Assembly (NCBI GenBank): GCA_964016885.1 | Contig: OZ024746.1 | Coordinates: 73,842,001-73,906,000, forward strand | Reading direction: 5' to 3' | Source of the DNA: Eledone cirrhosa | Lineage: Eukaryota | Length of the DNA: 64,000 bases | Part shown: in pieces, positions 58,926-64,000 of the stretch | How the letters are laid out: each line of letters opens with the position of its first letter | Position numbering within the stretch: the first letter of the stretch is position 1 | Notes under the pieces: generated by a model | What the model saw: the letters and a program-made list of their open reading frames with translations, nothing else | What the model was told of the DNA's origin: nothing | Databases searched by the model: none | Made by a program: the position numbers and the translations under genes

Positions 58926-58931
<6 letters not shown>
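58746..58931. mobile_element. Asymmetric palindrome with back-to-back hammerhead cores
   Basis: 55-bp arms centred at 58876: tcatcag gaatc CTGATGA tttctaaagaat GAAAC agttttaGTC ctgtag; left tail 58746-58820. Confidence 0.8.
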
Positions 58932-58996
<65 letters not shown>

Positions 58997-59177
58997 TTAT
59001 AGATATAGATATATGCACACACATATATACACATATACATACATATATATACACATATATATGCATATATATATATACGTACACACACACACACACACAT
59101 ATTCATACATATGCATATATATATATATAGATATATATATATATATACGTACACACACACACAAACATTCATACATA

Positions 59178-59221
<44 letters not shown>

Positions 59222-59351
59222 CGTTTATTCAGAAATTCGCAATACCAACACATTAACTAACACGTACATTATGTTCCAGCTCACAGGTATACAAATTCAT
59301 TGTAACTCATGCACACATACAACCATATAGTACACTGTGAAGTTATCCCCC

Positions 59352-59426
<75 letters not shown>

Positions 59427-59432
<6 letters not shown>

Positions 59433-59629
59433 TGCTCTATATTATATTTTATCTGATGAAAGCACACCATAATTTAACTTGGTGTCCTTGAAATATGTAT
59501 AATGAAATAAATATCGTTTTATAAATATAGTTTCCATTTATTAATATCGAATTTTTACTCCAATTATTTGTTGAGTGCTTTATATCAGTTACAAAAATAT
59601 TTGCTTGTTGTATCCCAACAATTTAAATA
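59427..59629 (+). mobile_element. Solo PLE-like terminus with an intact hammerhead (20233 family)
   Basis: Near-identical to 20215-20416; core at 59453-59459; lies between (TA)n and (CA)n. Confidence 0.85.
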
Positions 59630-59633
59630 GAAC

Positions 59634-59727
<94 letters not shown>

Positions 59728-59949
59728 GTATATATATCTATATATATCTATATATCTATATATACGTATGTTTTTTTCGCTATTTCTCTCTGCGAACGCT
59801 TACACATACATACACATGTACTCACATACTCACATACTGACAAAGAGAGTGCCAGGCTTGTGTTTAGTTATTCACTCCTATCACCTCTTCAAGCTGTTGA
59901 GTAGAGGTTATCTGAATATTTCACGTAACATTAATTCTAAATGCTCAAC

Positions 59950-60171
59950 TGGCACCATCGCCGCCGCCGCCGTCACCACCACGGCCACCACTACCAGCAC
60001 CAGCACCAGCACCACCACCGCCAGCAGCACCACCACCACCACCAGCACCACCACCAGCACCAGCACCAGCACCACCACCACCAGCACCACCACCAACAGA
60101 AACAACAACAATGGTAATAATAACAAACTCAGCACGACGATGACTCCCCCCACCCCCTCGACCCCCACTGC

Positions 60172-60204
<33 letters not shown>

Positions 60205-60300
60205 AACAATGATAATAATAACAATCTCACTACTACGACGACGACGATGACTCTACCACCACCACCACCTCAACCACCAACATCAGCAACAAGTACCATC
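59950..60300. repeat. (ACC/AGC/AAC)n trinucleotide repeats
   Basis: Seen directly. Confidence 0.9.
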
Positions 60301-60439
60301 GTCAAGAACAACACTACCATCACCCCCCCCTACCACTGCTATCCCCACCTTCACCATCACCCTCTCAAATTGAAGCATGAGTACCAGTTCCCTCTACACC
60401 ACTCACGTAATACCATCATTATCAATATCTGCCCCTTAC

Positions 60440-60680
60440 CACCATAGGCGCTGAGTTGGCTAGCCGTAGGTGTGAGCCTAGCGAGATGGAACGGCACTCC
60501 CAACGCACCCCCTTTACCATCCTGCGGGGAAACGCCTTCTCTATTCTGTCCGCCGGAGCCGTGGGGCGGCCAACATGTGGGACCCCCCCATTTTCTCATA
60601 ATACAGAGAGATGGAGAGGGCGAGAGAGATGGAGGCGATGACAGTAGGAGTTCGGGTCTTCCGTATTCGGACACATTTAG
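60440..60680 (+). mobile_element. CRE-like element 3' end
   Basis: ASRRCEPSEMERHSQR..TILRGNAFSILSAGAVG, homologous to ORF 13419..13781. Confidence 0.75.
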
Positions 60681-61589
60681 CAAGTCTACTCCTCATTGCT
60701 GAACATTTACTGCCTGTATTGCCCGCTGAAAAATACCACAGCCCAGGTTACTATCTGACAGTCAATTTAAATTACTATATGTATGTTTTAGACAATACAA
60801 TCGTTGAATGTCACTCTAATTATTCCGTGTTGATAACAAACTTTTGCCCACAAGATTAGGAAACATTTGGATAATTAATTCAATTTCACTGGAAATCAGG
60901 TAAATTATAATAACATAGAAGAGATGTTATTCGACTTTCGTGAAGGTGAAATTTTAATTCCAATCTGTCTTCCCTTATAACCAGTCTTAGGTTTCTTAAA
61001 CACCCTGATTACTACCAGTACTAATACTATCATCATCATTGCCAACGCGAGCAGCGAGGCCACTATCATCACCAACCCTACTATCGTTAACAACATCATC
61101 GTTAACAGTTCTGACATATCCACCAACAACATTACCATCGCTATCCCCTGAAATATCTGCACAAACTCCTTAAACTTCAAAGAATACCAAACCGACGAGA
61201 GTGCCTCTACGTAGTCACTTGGCTTGTTAGAAATATCAGCCAAATATCTCGTAATTTCTAAATTACGGCTCACTACACACACAATACAGAATAGTTATGG
61301 CTGTTAGAACATACATCATGTCTTTTAGATAGGGTGGCAGTATAATCAATGATCAAACGTGGTAGCCTCTATATGACCACTCTGTCTGCTAGAAATAGCA
61401 GCGATATCTGCCTTATATCAAATCCCACTCTTTTAAACAGGGAAAGACTCATGTAGTCATATTTACACCAACAAAGACGAGGTGGCTATGGCTGGAATGG
61501 ATATCAATATTGGTTTGATCCATCACAGTTGAATTAAGGCCAAACAATACACACATACGTACACGCGCGCGCACACTCACACGTGCAAC

Positions 61590-62050
61590 CTGGCGATAAT
61601 AATTTCTCGGCTCTCCAATTCTCTACCTTCATGTGGATCGAGTCTTGCTTTGACCAACACCGCCTCACATGCCTCCGTTCCGCTTCGCAGCCAAACAGTG
61701 GCGTGTGGCTCAATTTGGTACCATTCTAATCAACAGGTACCCTTCTTGATGACGAGTGCACTCTGCGTGTGTGAGCTACACAATTTCCCTTGTGGAGCTG
61801 TCGTTTACGCGTTCGGCCTGCCCTCACTATCATGCCGCCAGACTGCAGGCTGGTTCCCCGGCATGCCGCTCTGAACAACATAATGAGAAGGAGCGCAGAC
61901 ATAGCCGGCTTTTCGTCACAATTGGAGCCAGCAGGCTTCGACCGCAGAGACAGCAAGCGCCCCGACGGAAATACCTTTATTCTATTCAAGGGAGGTAAAT
62001 CCCGTATCTGGGACATGACATACTACAACACGTTCTCCGTCTGCAACTTA
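61590..62050 (+). mobile_element. CRE-like RLE-domain fragment
   Basis: RHAALNNIMRRSADIAGFSSQLEPAGFDRRDSKRPDGNTFILFKGGKSRIWDMTYYNTF, homologous to 13612..13971. Confidence 0.8.
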
Positions 62051-62967
62051 GTATTAATTTAATTTCCCACCCTTCTGCGTCACATATTTTAAAATTCCAA
62101 GATTCCACTATTAATAAATGAGTAGGATTTAGTACAACTGCGTGGAAAACAACTCTTTGGGGAATAGATTTTAAACAACCTAATGTCGTTTTCCTATTTG
62201 ATTACGGAATTTTTCTACAACTAGAAGATATTCAATATTAGTATCACCCCATACCCATCAGCCATATAATAATTGGGCGTTGATAATACTCTCATTACAT
62301 AACCTCAAGTATTTATATGTTAGATAGTGATATTTTGTTTTATGAGATTTTAATAGCGTGCCACGTTAAGGACACCGTTTTCAACGAATACTTAGGAATT
62401 TCCTATTTTAAGATTGACTGTAACGAAATAACAAGAGTTTAAGTTTTGAATTTCTTTCAGTGTTAATAATTTATACATTAAGTTTAATTTCATTATATTC
62501 ATAATTGAGAGATTCGGGATTTTACAAATGAATTGAGATCATCCTCATAACGTGACAACACCAGTTTCATTTGAAGAAATAAACAGATCTAATGTAAAGA
62601 ATAAAAATAAAATGAAAAAAAACAAAAAAAAAACTGGAGCCCAATGTGGAATACTTTGATTAATATAGTTTTATTAAATAAAATTCAATGAAGTATGGAG
62701 TAATTCTGATCTTTGATAAGTACAGTGAAACAAATCTGGACATGTTTCGGCTTCTTGAGACCTCCTCGACGAAGTATAGTCTACTACATAATTATCACCA
62801 CCTAGAATGACTAGGGGTATAGTTTTTTTCTGAAAATAGCTTATTCATGTGGAATTTGAACTATTTCCGTAGTAAAACTCACAGGATTGGTTACGCCAGT
62901 ATCACGAAGAACAAACAAATTTTAAGCAGTTAAAATTTCGGGGTTGAATTCTTCGACTAGAAATGTC

Positions 62968-63082
62968 ATTCAAATTCCGCCGAGGTTAACTTTGCCTTTC
63001 ATTCTTACGGGATCGATAAAATAAAGTACCAGTAATGTACTGAGTAATTGCTGGCCTTGTGCCAAAAGTAGAAACAATTATT
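62968..63082 (+). mobile_element. 5'-truncated SINE
   Basis: Consensus 3' half. Confidence 0.85.
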
Positions 63083-63899
63083 GCTTATAACTTCTCGTTA
63101 CGAGTATAATTTCAATTGATTTATAATTTTATTTGCTCCACTAAATGTGGTATGTTAGCTACATTTGTTGCTTTCGAAGCAGTCGTCTATTGCTGTTCTC
63201 TTTTTCGCTGTTTTTCAATGAAATGTCACGCGGGCACACTTTTCGGACGTCAGTCTGTCCGTCTATCCATTAATCCATCCATCCACGTCAACTATTTCTC
63301 GCAGTTGAAACAATCACGCATAGGTTCTCTCTTTTACTCATTAGTGGTAACTCTGAAATGGAGTCAATTTTGGAACAATTTGAACTTAGATGAAATAAAA
63401 CTATATACGGGCAAACTTCAGCCATAGGCAATAATAAATATAGATATGAAATACAATATATAACATATGACATTAAAAAAAGAAATGATGAAAGGCAAGA
63501 TATGATTTGAAACAGAGATGTAGCGTATACGATAACACATATATAAATATATGTGATATGAAACATAAAAGAAAAGTACGAAATTTACAATGCAAGATCA
63601 AGAAAAACAGTAAAAGGAAATAGGGAATAAAAAAAAATTACAATATATATATAACATGAAAATAAATTATTGATATGTATAAAATGTAAAAACATGAAAA
63701 TATGATATGTAAAATATAAACAATAAGGTGTTGAATACGAAATGTGCAGTATAAAATCTTGCAAGAGGTATTTCGATAAGGAACTTTATATATATATATA
63801 TATATAAAGACTCCACAGGAAAAAAAGAAATGTCGCGGGTCAGAAGATAAAGGGAAACCGGGGAAAAGTTTCTATAAAACATATAGAATATCCAAACTG

Positions 63900-64000
63900 G
63901 GATAATGATGATGGTGATGATGGTGATGATGATAATGATAATGATAATAATGATAATGATGATGATAATGATAATGATGATAATGATAATGATGATGATG
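63900..64000. repeat. (GAT/AAT)n microsatellite
   Basis: Seen directly. Confidence 0.9.

Noticed and set aside
62100-62560. L2/Crack-like LINE remnant on the minus strand
   Set aside because: Single weak motif (PIIxYG..WG) only.

Overview
AT-rich, microsatellite-saturated animal DNA (intergenic or intronic). An octopus-like cephalopod is inferred from the SINE type and the (TA)n/(CA)n/(GA)n density. No host protein-coding gene can be supported, and nearly all listed ORFs are microsatellite translations. The window is a mosaic of mobile elements: about 20 copies or fragments of one young tRNA-type SINE with target-site duplications; a decayed Penelope-like element (PLE) RT at 28.5-32 kb; fragments of CRE-like (RLE), RTE-like, R4/Dong-like and CR1-like LINEs; non-autonomous Helitrons; and probable mariner/Tc1 fossils. 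The main hidden signal is a set of more than 25 short (about 50-650 bp) islands, mostly embedded in (TA)n tracts, from roughly a dozen sequence families. Many are asymmetric palindromes, and most carry a whole or partial type I hammerhead ribozyme (stem I-CUGANGA-stem II-GAAA-short or palindromic stem III-NUH-stem I), often followed by AATAAA. One family matches the termini of the Penelope-like RT element. They are best read as ribozyme-bearing PLE pseudo-LTR mini-insertions that target TA microsatellites. All folds were made by eye; none was computed or tested.
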